Assembly: GCA_040757055.1 (NCBI GenBank)
Contig: JBFLXY010000011.1
Span: 19,099-83,098 of the forward strand
Direction of reading: 5' to 3'
Length of the DNA: 64,000 nucleotides
DNA from: Thermodesulfobacteriota bacterium
Lineage (GTDB): Bacteria; Desulfobacterota; Desulfobulbia; Desulfobulbales; Desulfurivibrionaceae
Part shown: in pieces, positions 17,242 to 28,205 of the stretch
Layout of the letters: each line of letters begins with the position of its first letter
Position numbering within the stretch: position 1 is the stretch's first letter
The notes under the pieces: model-generated
What the model was told of the DNA's origin: nothing
Seen by the model: the letters and a program-made list of their open reading frames with translations, nothing else
Database searches by the model: none
Position numbers and translations under genes: made by a program

Positions 17242-18705
17242 TTATTCGCCCAGCCGGTAGTTGGGTGCTTCCTTGGTGATGATCACGTCGTGAACATGGC
17301 TCTCCTTGAGGCCGGCCGCAGTGATGCGCACGAATTTCGCCTTCTGCCGCATCTCGGGGATGGTGCTGGCGCCGATGTAGCCCATGCCGGAACGCAGGCC
17401 GCCCATGAGCTGGTAGATCATGGTGGAGAGCGAGCCGCGGTAGGGCACCTTGCCTTCGATGCCCTCGGGCACCAGTTTGGCCTGGCTCTCGATGCCCTCC
17501 TGGAAGTAACGGTCGCGGCTGCCCTGCTGCATGGCGCCCAGCGATCCCATGCCCCGGTAGCCCTTGTAGGTGCGGCCCTGGTAGAGGAAGGTCTCGCCGG
17601 GGGATTCGTCGGTGCCGGCAAAGAGGCTGCCGATCATCACCACGCTGGCGCCGATGCCGATGGCCTTGGTGACGTCGCCGGAGAACTTGATGCCGCCGTC
17701 GGCGATCACCGGCACGTTGTATTTGTCCGCCATCCTGGTGCAGTTGTGGATGGCGGTCATCTGCGGCACGCCGACGCCGGCCACGATGCGGGTGGTGCAG
17801 ATGGAGCCGGGGCCCACGCCCACCTTGACGCAGTCGGCGCCCGCCTTGATGAGCGCCTCGGCGCCCTCGGCGGTGGCGATGTTGCCGGCAATGACTTGCA
17901 GGGCCGGGAAGGCGTTCTTCACCCGGCGCACCGCGTCGAGGATGTTCTTCGAGTGGCCGTGGGCCGAGTCGAGCACCACGATGTCCACCCCGACCTTGAC
18001 CAGTTTCTCCACGTGGTCAAGCGGGGTGTTGACGCCGATGGCGGCACCGGCCCGCAGGCGGCCGCGGTCGTCTTTCGCGGCATTGGGATATTTGCGGATC
18101 TTTTCGATGTCCTTGATGGTGATGAGCCCCTGGAGGTTGTAGTCGTCGTCCACCACCAGCAATTTTTCGATGCGGTGTTCATGGAGCAGGGCCTTGGACT
18201 GCTCCAGGGTGATGCCGGGCTTGGCGGTGACCAGATTCTTGCCGGTCATCACGTCCTTCACCTTGAGCCCCTCGTCGGTGACAAAGCGGAGATCGCGGTT
18301 GGTGACGATGCCCACCAGCTTTTTGCCCCGCAGCACCGGCACGCCGGAGATGCGGTAGTTTCCCATGATCTCGTTGACCTCGCGGACCGTCTGTTCCTCC
18401 ACCACGGTGATGGGATCGACGATCATGCCCGACTCGGATTTCTTCACCCGCTGCACCTCGCGCGCCTGCTCGTCGATGGTCATGTTCTTGTGGATGATGC
18501 CGATGCCGCCCTCCCGCGCCATGGTGATGGCGGTGCGGTGTTCGGTGACCGTGTCCATGGCCGCGCTCATCAGCGGCATGTGGAGGGTAATGGACTGGGT
18601 GAGGCGGGTGGTGAGATCCACCTCCGAGGGCAGCACCTCGGAGGCGCCGGGGATGAGGAGCAGGTCGTCAAAGGTAAAGGCCGGTTCGATATTCGCGAGG
18701 GTCAT
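17242..18705 (-). CDS. guaB: IMP dehydrogenase
   Basis: [11 protein letters not shown]...CBS pair...[11 protein letters not shown]... The start was trimmed to MTLANIEP, which has an upstream GGAGAG. Confidence 0.95.
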   Translation of the reverse strand: MTLANIEPAFTFDDLLLIPGASEVLPSEVDLTTRLTQSITLHMPLMSAAMDTVTEHRTAITMAREGGIGIIHKNMTIDEQAREVQRVKKSESGMIVDPITVVEEQTVREVNEIMGNYRISGVPVLRGKKLVGIVTNRDLRFVTDEGLKVKDVMTGKNLVTAKPGITLEQSKALLHEHRIEKLLVVDDDYNLQGLITIKDIEKIRKYPNAAKDDRGRLRAGAAIGVNTPLDHVEKLVKVGVDIVVLDSAHGHSKNILDAVRRVKNAFPALQVIAGNIATAEGAEALIKAGADCVKVGVGPGSICTTRIVAGVGVPQMTAIHNCTRMADKYNVPVIADGGIKFSGDVTKAIGIGASVVMIGSLFAGTDESPGETFLYQGRTYKGYRGMGSLGAMQQGSRDRYFQEGIESQAKLVPEGIEGKVPYRGSLSTMIYQLMGGLRSGMGYIGASTIPEMRQKAKFVRITAAGLKESHVHDVIITKEAPNYRLGE

Positions 18706-18838
18706 CGCACACTCTCCTTCGTCGGTTGCACCGGCCGGGGAGCGGGAAGGGGCTCCGAGGCGTCTCGGCCGTGATAAAACTGCCATGCTACCCCATTCCA
18801 GGGGCTGCGTAAAGAGTAAACGAGTTCGCTCTTTCCGG

Positions 18839-19762
18839 TCAATGGGGATTCTCTGCCAGGGTGCTCCAGAGGATGCCTTCCAGCAGGCCGGCATCGCTCA
18901 CGGTGAGCGTGGCGGCGCTGAGTTTGGTGAGCAGGTGTTCGTAGATGAGGGCGCCGGCCAGCAGGATCTCGCCGCGGCCCTGGTCAAGGCCGGGCAGCTG
19001 GTTGCGGCCCTGGGCGTCGAGCCGGGCCAGTTGCCCGGTCAGTTCCCGGAGGCGGGCCAGAGGCAGGCGATGGCCCTGGACCTTGCTTTCGTCGTAGGTA
19101 ATGAGTCCCAGGTCCAGGGCGGCCAGGGCGGTGGCGGTGCCGCCGCTGCCCACGAGCAGGGTGCCGGGGGGCAGGAAGGGCAGGATGGATTCGCTGACGG
19201 CCGCAGCGATGGCGGTGCGGACCGCGGCCAGCGACTCGGGAGTCGGCGGCGGGGTGGGCGTCAGGAAGCGCTCGGTGAGGCTGACCGTCCCGATGGCAAG
19301 GCTCGTTACTCCGCCCTCCCCAATGAGTTCGCTGCTGCCGCCGCCCACATCCGCCACCAGCAGATGGGCGTCCCCGCCCACGGCCTGACGGACGCCGGCT
19401 AGGGCCAGGGCCGCCTCGGTATGGCCGTCGATCACCTCGATGGGCTGGCCAAGAAGGCGGGCGGCCGGGGCGAGGAATTCGTCGCGGTTGGCGGCCGTCC
19501 GCAGGGCATGGGTGGCGCAGGCCCGGAGCCGTTGGGGGTGGTGTGCGTCGAGCAGGGCGGCAAAGCGGGCCAGGGCCTCAAGGCCGCGGGCCATGGCCTC
19601 CTGGTCCAGGCGTCCGGTGGTGTGCAGCCCTTGCCCGAGGCGGACGGTGATCAGCTTCTTAACCAGCGGCTGCATGGCACCGTTGGGCCGGAGAGTCGCG
19701 ATGAGCAGGCGGAAGCTGTTGGAACCCAGGTCGATGGCCGCATGCGGCGGGGGTTTTGTCAT
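18839..19762 (-). CDS. Ppx/GppA-family phosphatase (N-terminal actin-like domains only)
   Basis: [14 protein letters not shown]...DVGGGSSEL...[10 protein letters not shown]. Confidence 0.8.
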   Translation of the reverse strand: MTKPPPHAAIDLGSNSFRLLIATLRPNGAMQPLVKKLITVRLGQGLHTTGRLDQEAMARGLEALARFAALLDAHHPQRLRACATHALRTAANRDEFLAPAARLLGQPIEVIDGHTEAALALAGVRQAVGGDAHLLVADVGGGSSELIGEGGVTSLAIGTVSLTERFLTPTPPPTPESLAAVRTAIAAAVSESILPFLPPGTLLVGSGGTATALAALDLGLITYDESKVQGHRLPLARLRELTGQLARLDAQGRNQLPGLDQGRGEILLAGALIYEHLLTKLSAATLTVSDAGLLEGILWSTLAENPH

Positions 19763-19842
19763 TGCCTCACCGGAATCGATGCGTTATGCTGGAAAAGTTT
19801 TGTTCATGTGGGGTTGCAAGCGCCGGAGAGCAAGGAACAGCC

Positions 19843-20460
19843 GTGATCGTCCCGATCAATCCGCAGAATCCGCAGATGCGGCTCATCAGTCAGGTGGTGG
19901 AGGCCCTGCGCCACGGCGCGGTGATCTGCTACCCCACCGATACCGTCTACGGCATCGGCTGCGACATCTTCAACCAGAAGGCGGTAAAAAGGATCTACCA
20001 GATCAAGCAGCGGCCCCTGTCCGGCCGGCCTTTCAGCTTCATGTGCCCCAGCCTCAAGGAACTGAGCACCTATGCCCATATCTCCAACGCCGGCTACCGC
20101 ATCATGAAGAAGGGGCTGCCCGGACCCTTTACCTTCGTGCTGCCGGCGGCAAAGATCGTGCCCAAGATCATGACCACCAGGCAGAAGAGCGTGGGCATCC
20201 GGGTGCCGGACCATGCGGTCTGCCTGGCCATGCTTTCGGCCTTGGGCAATCCCATGCTCACCACCAGCGCGGCCCTCGATCCGGAGGCGCCGCCGCTCAG
20301 GGAGGCGTATGAGGTGGAGGAGAAGTTTGGCCGCCAGGTCGATCTCATTATCGACAGCGGGCCGCTCCTTTACTCGGCGCCCTCCACCATCATCTCCCTG
20401 GTGGGAGACCAGCCGGAGATCCTGCGGCAGGGCAAGGGCGACGCCAGTCTCCTGCTCTGA
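19843..20460 (+). CDS. YciO/YrdC/Sua5-family (threonylcarbamoyl-AMP synthase-like) protein
   Basis: (M)IVPINPQNPQMRLISQVVEALRHGAVICYPTDTVYGIGC parallels E. coli YciO's [38 protein letters not shown]. I prefer the GTG at 19843, with AAGGA 6 nt upstream, over the track start. Confidence 0.8.
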   Translation: MIVPINPQNPQMRLISQVVEALRHGAVICYPTDTVYGIGCDIFNQKAVKRIYQIKQRPLSGRPFSFMCPSLKELSTYAHISNAGYRIMKKGLPGPFTFVLPAAKIVPKIMTTRQKSVGIRVPDHAVCLAMLSALGNPMLTTSAALDPEAPPLREAYEVEEKFGRQVDLIIDSGPLLYSAPSTIISLVGDQPEILRQGKGDASLLL

Positions 20461-20482
20461 TCGGCCGCGCCGGCCTTTTCCC

Positions 20483-20767
20483 TTACTTCCCGGCGATCAG
20501 GGCGTCCTTCAGGGATTTGCTCATGGTGAAGTGGATATTCTGGCGGGCAGGGATGTGCATCACCTTGCCGGTGCGGGGATTCTTGGTGGAGCGGGCCTTG
20601 CGGCGGCGCACGGCGAAGCTGCCGAAGCCGCGGATTTCCACCCGGCGGTTGTCCGCCAGGGCGCCCACAATGGCGTCGAGCATGATGTCGAGCGCCTGGT
20701 CGAGGTCTTTCTTGAGGAAGTCAGGCAGTTCCTGGGCAACGGCGTTCACGAGGTCGCGCTTCAGCAT
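20483..20767 (-). CDS. Integration host factor/HU-family DNA-binding protein
   Basis: EIRGFGSFAVRRRKARSTKNPRTGKVMHIPARQNIHF. The start was trimmed to MLKRDL. Confidence 0.85.
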   Translation of the reverse strand: MLKRDLVNAVAQELPDFLKKDLDQALDIMLDAIVGALADNRRVEIRGFGSFAVRRRKARSTKNPRTGKVMHIPARQNIHFTMSKSLKDALIAGK

Positions 20768-20778
20768 GGTTTCCTTCC

Positions 20779-21702
20779 TTACAGCGGCGACACGGTCCAC
20801 TCGTAGGCGAGGACCGGTGTCTGCAAACGGGTTTTGTCGAGCAGTGCCCGGCCGGGCGCACCGGCCAGCAGCGACCACAGGGAAAAATCATGTTGTTCCG
20901 GGTAGATCAGTTTGGGCATGGTGGTGGTGTCCATCCCCGCGAGTTCGGCGGCCAGCAGCACCGCATCGTTCAGGTTGCCGAACTGGTCGATGAGCTTCAG
21001 TTCCCGGGCCTGGGCGCCGGAGAAGATCCGGCCGTCGGCCACGGCGTGCACGGCTTCCTCCGGCAGCTTGCGGCTTTCCGCCACCGCCTTGACGAACTGG
21101 CCGTGGACGTCGTCGATCATGGTCTGGAGCATTTCCCGTTCCTCCTCGGTGAGGGGCCGGGAGGGCGAGCCGATGTCCTTGAGCCTGCCGCTCTTCACCA
21201 CCTCGCTCTTGTAGCCGATCTTGTGGAAGAGTTCTTCGAGGTTGGCGAATTTGAGGATCACCCCCATGCTGCCGGTAAGCGTGCCGGGATTGGCCACGAT
21301 CCTGCCGGCGCCCAAGGCGGCATAGAGGCCGCCCGAGGCCGCCACCGAACCCATGGAGGCCACCACCGGCTTGACCGCGTTGGTGCGCCTGACCTCTTCG
21401 TACAGTTCCTGGGAGGCGCCCACCGCCCCGCCGGGGCTGTCGATGCGGAGCACGATGGCCCTGATGTTTTTCTGCTCGCGGAACTCGGTGAGCTGGGCAA
21501 TGGTCTCGTCGGCCGCGATGATGACGCCGGTCAGTTCGACGACGCCGATGCCTTCCTTATGGGGCAATGCCCCCTTGCCGGGGCGGTGCAGGAGGGAGCC
21601 GACAAAAAAGGTTATCCCGCCCCAGAACACCACCATGAGCAGCCCCAGCAGCAGGCAGCCGGTCAGGACGGGGTGTTCTTGGCGGAATAACCTTTTCATC
21701 AT
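20779..21702 (-). CDS. sppA: Signal peptide peptidase SppA, 36K type
   Basis: N-terminal transmembrane segment; IVLRIDSPGGAVGAS...ASMGSVAASGGLY. Confidence 0.85.
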   Translation of the reverse strand: MMKRLFRQEHPVLTGCLLLGLLMVVFWGGITFFVGSLLHRPGKGALPHKEGIGVVELTGVIIAADETIAQLTEFREQKNIRAIVLRIDSPGGAVGASQELYEEVRRTNAVKPVVASMGSVAASGGLYAALGAGRIVANPGTLTGSMGVILKFANLEELFHKIGYKSEVVKSGRLKDIGSPSRPLTEEEREMLQTMIDDVHGQFVKAVAESRKLPEEAVHAVADGRIFSGAQARELKLIDQFGNLNDAVLLAAELAGMDTTTMPKLIYPEQHDFSLWSLLAGAPGRALLDKTRLQTPVLAYEWTVSPL

Positions 21703-21723
21703 TGGATAAAACCGCGGTCGGGA

Positions 21724-23436
21724 TTACTCGTCGGCATCCTTGTTCTTCATGCCCTCTTTCATCAGGTCGCCCAGGGTGGAGGGCCCGCTCTTGGTCTGCT
21801 TCTGCTTGTATTCGGCATAGGCAGCGCCCTCGGGCTCCTCGCTCAGGGCCTTGATGGAAAGGCCGATCTTGCGATCCTTGGCCGAGACGTTGATGACCCG
21901 CGCGGTGAGGGAGTCGCCCACGGTGTACATGCCCACCGGGGTTTCCACCTTCTCCTTGCTGATCTCGGAGACATGGACCAGACCCTCGATGCCCTCCTCC
22001 AGCTCGACAAAGACGCCGAATTCGGTCACGTTGGTGATCTTGCCGGTGACCTCGGTGCCGATGGCGTACTTCCTGACCGCCTCTTCCCAGGGATCCGGCT
22101 CGAGCTGCTTGACGCCCAGGGAGAAGCGCTCGTTCTCCTTGTCGATCTTGAGCACCACCGCCTGGATGGTCTCGCCCTTGTTGTACTTCTCGCCCGGGTG
22201 CTTGATGCGCTCGGTCCAGGAGAGGTCGGAGACGTGGATCAGGCCGTCGATGCCCTCCTCGATGCCGATGAAGATGCCGAAGTCGGTGATGTTCTTGATC
22301 TTGCCCTCGATGATGGAGCCTACGGGATAGTTCTCGGCCACCATGTCCCAGGGGTTGGGCTGGAGCTGCTTCATGCCCAGGGAAATGCGCTTGGCCTCGG
22401 CGTCGATGCTCAGGATCACCACCTCGACCTGCTCGCCGGGGGCGACCATCTTCGATGGATGGCGGGCCTTCTTGGACCAGGACATCTCGGAGACGTGGAC
22501 CAGGCCCTCAACGCCTTCCTCCAGCTCGACAAAGACGCCGTAGTCAGTGATGCTGACCACCTTGCCGGTGGCCTTGGAGCTGACCGGATAGCGCTCCTGG
22601 ATGGTGGCCCAGGGGTCGTCTTTCAACTGCTTGACGCCCAGGGAGACCTTGTCGGTCTCGCGGTCGTATTTGAGCACCTTGACCTGGATCTCCTCGCCCA
22701 CCCGGAACATCTTGGAGGGATGCGACACCCGGCCCCAGGAGAGGTCGGTGATGTGGCAGAGGCCGTCCATGCCGCCCAGGTCGATGAAGATGCCGTAGTC
22801 GGTGATGTTGGTGATGGTGCCGGTGAGCACCTGGCCTTCCGCCAGGCTCGAACGCATTTCCTCGCGCAGCTTCTGGCGGTCCGCCTCCAGGATGGCGCGG
22901 CGGGAAATGACCACGTTGTTGCGGCGGCGGTTGTATTTGAGGACCTTGAAGTCGAAGGTCTTGCCGATGAGGTTGTCGAGATCCTTGACCGGACGGAGAT
23001 CGATCTGGGAGTAAGGCAGGAAGGCGGGAACGCCGATGTCGACCGAGAGGCCGCCCTTGACGCGGCTGTCGATCCGGCCCTGGATGGTGCCGTCCGCTTC
23101 CTGGATGCGGGCGATTTCCTCCCACACCTTGATGCCGATGGCGCGCTCGCGGGAAAGCTTGAGGCCGCCCTCCGGCTCGCGCTTCTCGACGAACACCTCG
23201 AAGGCGTCGCCGACCTTGACGTCGATCTCGCCGGCTTCGTTCCTGAATTCGGCAACGGCAATCTCGCTTTCCGACTTGTCGCCGATGTCGATGAGGGCAT
23301 AGTCGTTGCGGATGGCCACGACCGTCCCCATGGTTACTTCGCCGACATCAATGACTTTGCTGCTCTGCTCGAACAGTTCGGCAAAGCTCTGGCCACTGCC
23401 AGCTGGTGTTGTGGTTGTGCTTTTACCCATGGACAT
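21724..23436 (-). CDS. rpsA: 30S ribosomal protein S1
   Basis: Six S1 repeats (for example GTITNITDYGIFIDLGGMDGLCHITDLSW). Confidence 0.95.
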   Translation of the reverse strand: MSMGKSTTTTPAGSGQSFAELFEQSSKVIDVGEVTMGTVVAIRNDYALIDIGDKSESEIAVAEFRNEAGEIDVKVGDAFEVFVEKREPEGGLKLSRERAIGIKVWEEIARIQEADGTIQGRIDSRVKGGLSVDIGVPAFLPYSQIDLRPVKDLDNLIGKTFDFKVLKYNRRRNNVVISRRAILEADRQKLREEMRSSLAEGQVLTGTITNITDYGIFIDLGGMDGLCHITDLSWGRVSHPSKMFRVGEEIQVKVLKYDRETDKVSLGVKQLKDDPWATIQERYPVSSKATGKVVSITDYGVFVELEEGVEGLVHVSEMSWSKKARHPSKMVAPGEQVEVVILSIDAEAKRISLGMKQLQPNPWDMVAENYPVGSIIEGKIKNITDFGIFIGIEEGIDGLIHVSDLSWTERIKHPGEKYNKGETIQAVVLKIDKENERFSLGVKQLEPDPWEEAVRKYAIGTEVTGKITNVTEFGVFVELEEGIEGLVHVSEISKEKVETPVGMYTVGDSLTARVINVSAKDRKIGLSIKALSEEPEGAAYAEYKQKQTKSGPSTLGDLMKEGMKNKDADE

Positions 23437-23583
23437 TCCTCCTGTTTTGAGAAAAAGAAAGGGCTTATATACCAGAGAGTATGCGCAAATACAACTCTTT
23501 CTTCGGGGCGGAAGGGAGGCCGGACAGACGGGCGATGGCGGCGGCAGGAGCCGGTTGGTTCGGACGTGGCGGCGGAAGTCGGG

Positions 23584-24504
23584 TCAACCGGCGGTGGGGA
23601 TCGACGAATCGCAGACCACGCGGTTGCCGCGCTCTTTTTTGCTCTGGTAGAGGGCCTGGTCGGCGCGGCGGATGAGGTCTTCGATGTCCTCATCCCAGGA
23701 GCGGCCGGGATGGCGGACGAACTGGGCGAGCCCGATGGAAAGCCCGGTTTCCGGCGGGTGGTGGTCGCGGTGGTGCTCGAGGATGCGCTCGGCGATGCGC
23801 ATCACCTGATCGATGGAAGCGTAGGGGATGATGATCGCGAACTCGTCGCCGCCGTAGCGGAAGGACCAGTCCACATTCTCGCGGGTGCAGCGGACCAGGC
23901 CGTGGCCGATGGCCTGAAGTGCCACGTCGCCGGCCTGGTGGCCGTATTTGTCATTGTAGGCCTTGAAGCCGTCGACGTCGAGCAGGGCGAGAAAAACCGG
24001 ATAGCCCTGACGGTGGGCGCGGGGCACTTCCTCCTGGAGCTTGATGTCGAAGCAGCGACGGTTGTAGAGGTCGGTGAGCACGTCGCACATGGAGAGGTGT
24101 TCCAGCTTGCGGATGAGCTTCTGTTCGCGGATCACCCGGCTGATCTTGGCCTCCAGTTCGTCGATGTTGAAGGGTTTCGAGATGAAGTCGCAGGCCCCTG
24201 CCCGGATCACCTCGGTGTAGCTGAAGGTCTCGGTGTAGCGGGTGACGACGATGACGTCGGTGCGGGGATAATGTTCCTTGACATGCTTGAGCAGGGCCAT
24301 GCCATCCATGCGCGGCATGGTCATGTCGGTGATCACCATGGAGAACTCGTTTCTGGCCAGCAGCTCCGTCGCCTCCTGGCCGTCCCGCGCCGTGGCGCAA
24401 CGGTAGCCGAAGGCCGTGACCGAGGTTTCGAGCAGGTTCAGGATCAGCGGATCGTCGTCAACGATCAGGATCGGGATGCGGAAGTCGGCGGGTTGTTCCG
24501 GCAT
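23584..24504 (-). CDS. Response regulator with GGDEF output (PleD-like diguanylate cyclase)
   Basis: REC domain (ILIVDDDP...[10 protein letters not shown]) and GGDEF motif ([10 protein letters not shown]). Confidence 0.85.
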   Translation of the reverse strand: MPEQPADFRIPILIVDDDPLILNLLETSVTAFGYRCATARDGQEATELLARNEFSMVITDMTMPRMDGMALLKHVKEHYPRTDVIVVTRYTETFSYTEVIRAGACDFISKPFNIDELEAKISRVIREQKLIRKLEHLSMCDVLTDLYNRRCFDIKLQEEVPRAHRQGYPVFLALLDVDGFKAYNDKYGHQAGDVALQAIGHGLVRCTRENVDWSFRYGGDEFAIIIPYASIDQVMRIAERILEHHRDHHPPETGLSIGLAQFVRHPGRSWDEDIEDLIRRADQALYQSKKERGNRVVCDSSIPTAG

Positions 24505-24932
24505 GCGAGGTAGTCCTGGATGATGTGGTCGTGGTCAAAGGCCAACGGAGGCAGGCGGTCGGGAGGAAAGGCCCGGGCCTGCCGGGCGTCGTCTCCGGCC
24601 CGGGGCGTGCCGCTGGCGCTGGCGACGAAGACGGTGGAGATGGTGTGCTGCCGCGGATCGCGGTCCGGGGCGGAATAGGTGTGGAACTGCCGGAGCAGGG
24701 TGACGTCAAGTCCTGTTTCCTCGCGGGCCTCGCGCACGGCGGCATCCTCCAGGGACTCGCCGTAATCGACGAAGCCGCCGGGCAGTGCCCAGCCCGGCGG
24801 CGGGTTGGCGCGCTCGATGAGGACGAGGCCGCCGCCGGTTTCGATGATGAGATCCACGGTGGGCACCGGGTTGCGGTGGCGCGGTACCGGCAGGCCGCAG
24901 CATGGGCAGAAAGGAGGCGGGTGTCCGTTCAT
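24465..24932 (-). CDS. NUDIX hydrolase with an N-terminal CxxC pair
   Basis: Nudix box [23 protein letters not shown]. The start was trimmed to MNGHPPPF and overlaps the upstream gene's stop (ATGA). Confidence 0.75.
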   Translation of the reverse strand: MNGHPPPFCPCCGLPVPRHRNPVPTVDLIIETGGGLVLIERANPPPGWALPGGFVDYGESLEDAAVREAREETGLDVTLLRQFHTYSAPDRDPRQHTISTVFVASASGTPRAGDDARQARAFPPDRLPPLAFDHDHIIQDYLACRNNPPTSASRS

Positions 24933-25540
24933 GGCGTCTCGCCCTTCCCGGCGGGCAGGCAGAGGGAGCGGATGGCGAGCCAGTTCGTCACCTCGGGCAA
25001 TCGGTGGCGCCCCCGGTTCCAGGGCTGGCTGAAGACGATGGGATTGAGGCCGGCCTCCTCCAGCATCAGGCAGGTCTGGGCGCGGTCGTCGATGAAATGG
25101 CTGAGTCCCATGGAGCGGATGTGGCGGGCCTTGTCGTCGTGCTCGCCGGTGGCGACCAGGCGGGTCTCCCGGTACACCTCGTCGCCGAGCATGACCCGGA
25201 GCCAGTCGGCAATGGGAGCGGCCAGCGGCCGGGCAGTGATGAAGGTCAACGGTGCATGCCCGGCAAACTCCCTGAGCACCATGCCGGCGTAAGGCATGAG
25301 CCGGAGGCCGGCACCGAGAGGGTCTTCCATCAGATAGTGGAAGATTTCCCCCACCACCTCCGGGTCCATGTCGAGGCAATCCTCCACCTGGAAGGCGGTG
25401 ATCTCCTCGGAACGGACGGTCACCCCATGCTCGTCCCGGGCGATGCGGATGAATGCCTCCATGGTGTCGGCCACCACGCCGTCGATGTCGAAGCCGAGCC
25501 GGCCCGGATGGATGAGAGGAGAGGGCATGATGCGGGTCAT
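24929..25540 (-). CDS. HAD-superfamily hydrolase (5'(3')-deoxyribonucleotidase-like)
   Basis: [12 protein letters not shown] motif I. Size and layout are typical of this family. Confidence 0.6.
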   Translation of the reverse strand: MTRIMPSPLIHPGRLGFDIDGVVADTMEAFIRIARDEHGVTVRSEEITAFQVEDCLDMDPEVVGEIFHYLMEDPLGAGLRLMPYAGMVLREFAGHAPLTFITARPLAAPIADWLRVMLGDEVYRETRLVATGEHDDKARHIRSMGLSHFIDDRAQTCLMLEEAGLNPIVFSQPWNRGRHRLPEVTNWLAIRSLCLPAGKGETP

Positions 25541-25827
25541 GGTCCTGGCGTTCTGCCTCCGAAAGGGCTTCCTGGCGGGGTTGGCGGAGGGGCTGTCGAT
25601 TCCGCCTCCGCGGCCGGACGATGTTTTTTGTTGCCATTTTCGCCGTGATCGTCTATGGCAACCACGTCGCCGATGTCTTGGCCTTTAACATCAAATATAC
25701 CCGTTGCTCCACACAGTTCAAAGAAAGTTTTGGCTGTTCGCGACGGACAGCAGCCGTGCTTGACAAAAATGGGCAAACGCAGCATAGTGCGCTGTGCATT
25801 TTTCCGGACAGGAGCCTTATTGATACG

Positions 25828-26805
25828 ATGAAACTGCCGCCGCTTACCATTGGCCGCTTTACGGCCCCGGTTCCCCTGGTCCAGGGGGGAATGTCGATCC
25901 GCGTCTCCACCTCCGCCCTGGCGGCTCCGGTCGCCGAGTGCGGCGGCATCGGCACCATCGGCGGCTCCGCCATCCCGGTGGAGGAACTCAAGGCCGACAT
26001 CCGCAAGGCCAAGGCCGCCACCAACGGGGTCATCGCGGTGAACATCATGTTCGCCATGAAGAATTTCTACAACCTGGTGATGGGCGCCATCGACGCCGGG
26101 GTGGACATGATCGTCACCGGCGCCGGTTTTTCCCGCGATATCTTCAAGATCGGCGAGGAAACCAACACCCCCATCGTCTCCATCGTCTCCTCGCCGGCTT
26201 TTGCCAAGCTGGCGGAAAAGCTGGGCGCTGCCGCCATCATCGTCGAGGCCAAGGAGGCCGGCGGCCACCTCGGCACCGATGTCGCCCTGCGCGACCTCTT
26301 CCCCGAGGTGCGCAAGGTGGTGAAGAAGGTGCCGCTCATCGCGGCCGGCGGCATCACCAACGGCTTTGAAATGGCGGAACTGATGGACAAGTACGGCGCC
26401 GACGGCGTACAGATCGCCACCCGTTTCGTCCTCACCAGGGAATGCCCGGTGGCCGACGCCTTCAAGCAGGCCATGCTCGACGCCACCAAGGAAGACGTGG
26501 TGCTGGTCAAGTCGCCGGTGGGGTTGCCCGGCCGGGCTCTGCGCACGCCCTTTGTCGAAAAGATGGCCCAGCAGATCAGCGTCAAGGCCAAGGAGTGCAA
26601 GTACCAGTGCCTCAAGAAGTGCGACTATTTCTACTGCATCAGCGAGCGGCTGCGGGCGGCCTGCGATGGCAACATCGAGGAGGGTCTCTTCTTCACCGGC
26701 GAGAATGTCTGGAAGATGAAGGAGATTCTCACCGTGCGCGAGGTCTTTGACCAGTTCATCACCGAGGCCGAGTCGGTTTACAAGGAGCCTGCCGCTACCT
26801 ATTGA
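25828..26805 (+). CDS. NAD(P)H-dependent flavin oxidoreductase (nitronate monooxygenase/FabK-like)
   Basis: PLVQGGMS...ECGGIGTIG...EAGGHLG...IAAGGI. The start was trimmed to MKLPPL. Confidence 0.8.
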   Translation: MKLPPLTIGRFTAPVPLVQGGMSIRVSTSALAAPVAECGGIGTIGGSAIPVEELKADIRKAKAATNGVIAVNIMFAMKNFYNLVMGAIDAGVDMIVTGAGFSRDIFKIGEETNTPIVSIVSSPAFAKLAEKLGAAAIIVEAKEAGGHLGTDVALRDLFPEVRKVVKKVPLIAAGGITNGFEMAELMDKYGADGVQIATRFVLTRECPVADAFKQAMLDATKEDVVLVKSPVGLPGRALRTPFVEKMAQQISVKAKECKYQCLKKCDYFYCISERLRAACDGNIEEGLFFTGENVWKMKEILTVREVFDQFITEAESVYKEPAATY

Positions 26806-26858
26806 TTTTCCCCCTTCCCCTGCCGCTCGCCGGCGCGGCGCTATCCCGGCGCAGGAGC

Positions 26859-28199
26859 ATGACACCCCCGACACTGCCAGAGCCACGGATCATCCCCCGG
26901 TCCGAACACCCCATTTCCCGCGCGAACATCGACCGCGAGGCGCTCAAGGTCATGTACCGGCTGCGCGACGCAGGCCACCGTGCCTACCTGGTCGGCGGCG
27001 GCGTCCGCGACCTGATGCTGGGGCGGACGCCCAAGGATTTCGACATCAGTACCGATGCCCATCCCGGCGAACTGCGCAAGCTCTTCCGCAACAGCCGCAT
27101 CATCGGAAAAAGATTCCGGCTGGTGCAGGTCTTCTATCACGGCGGCAAGATCATCGAGGTCTCCACTTTCCGCTGCCGCAGCGAGTTCGAGGAAAACGGC
27201 GGCGACGCGGTGCTGGCCCAGAACAACACCTTCGGCACCCCGGCCGAGGATGCCTTCCGCCGCGATCTGACCATCAACGCCCTCTTCTACGAGATCGAAA
27301 ATTTCACGGTCATCGATTACACCGGCGGGGTGGCGGACCTGCACAACCGCATCGTCCGCATGGTGGGCGACCCGGAACGCCGCATCACCCGCGACCCGGT
27401 GCGGATGCTGCGAGCCATCCGCCATGCCGCCCGCCAGGGTTTTACGGTGGAGGGCGAGACCTGGGCCGCGATCCGCGCCAATGCGGACAAACTCGCCCTG
27501 TGTCCGGTCTCCCGCATCCGCGACGAGTTCATGAAGGACCTGAGGAGCGGGGCCATGCGGGAATGGGCGAAACTGGCGCTGGCCTCCACCCTCTTTTTTG
27601 CGATCCTGCCCTGCTATGCGCAGCGACTGCCGGGCGGCGAGGATCCTGGTTTTTATGGGCGGCCCGAGGCCCAGGGCAATGAGACGCTGGCCCTGCTCTT
27701 CCGCGTCCTGGATATGGTGGACCGCTTCTGCACGGAAGGGACAGCGGTGCCTGACGAGGTGCTTTTTGCCCTGCTTCTGCTGCCGTGGGCGATTGCGGAA
27801 TTCGATCTGCTCCGGCCCAGGGAGCAGAAGGGGGGCGAAGGCTACCGGTTCACCCGGCGTCTGCGCGAGGCCCTGGATGTCAACCTCGAACACCTCGGCA
27901 TCAAGCGGGCCAGCAAGGAGGAGATCACCCTGCTGCTCTCCAGCCTGCCGCTCTTTGTCCAGCATGAAAAAGATGGGGAATGGCCGCGCTGGCTGGCGCG
28001 GAAGAGCTACTTCCAGCAGGCGCTGACCTTTTACCGGCTCTACCAGGCGGCTGCCGCCGGGGCGGCCCTGCCGGAGATCGCGGCACCGGAACCCGCCCCG
28101 CCGAAAGCCAAGCGGCGGCGGGGGGGCGGACATCGGCGCGGTGCCCGCACAACGGCCTTTGCCACCACCAAGGGCGGCATCTTCGGTTTGAAGAAGTAG
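26859..28199 (+). CDS. pcnB: Poly(A) polymerase I
   Basis: HPISRANIDREALKVMYRLRDAGHRAYLVGGGVRDLMLGRTPKDFDISTDA...RFRLVQV...EVSTFR. AGGAG RBS before the ATG at 26859. Confidence 0.85.
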   Translation: MTPPTLPEPRIIPRSEHPISRANIDREALKVMYRLRDAGHRAYLVGGGVRDLMLGRTPKDFDISTDAHPGELRKLFRNSRIIGKRFRLVQVFYHGGKIIEVSTFRCRSEFEENGGDAVLAQNNTFGTPAEDAFRRDLTINALFYEIENFTVIDYTGGVADLHNRIVRMVGDPERRITRDPVRMLRAIRHAARQGFTVEGETWAAIRANADKLALCPVSRIRDEFMKDLRSGAMREWAKLALASTLFFAILPCYAQRLPGGEDPGFYGRPEAQGNETLALLFRVLDMVDRFCTEGTAVPDEVLFALLLLPWAIAEFDLLRPREQKGGEGYRFTRRLREALDVNLEHLGIKRASKEEITLLLSSLPLFVQHEKDGEWPRWLARKSYFQQALTFYRLYQAAAAGAALPEIAAPEPAPPKAKRRRGGGHRRGARTTAFATTKGGIFGLKK

Positions 28200-28205
28200 G
28201 AAGGG

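Noticed and set aside
21973-24513. 846-aa ORF on the plus strand
   Set aside because: It lies antisense to rpsA and the PleD-like gene. Its composition is low-complexity and rich in Asp, Gly, Ala and Leu. This is a typical shadow ORF in GC-rich DNA, and the opposite strand carries unmistakable S1 repeats.
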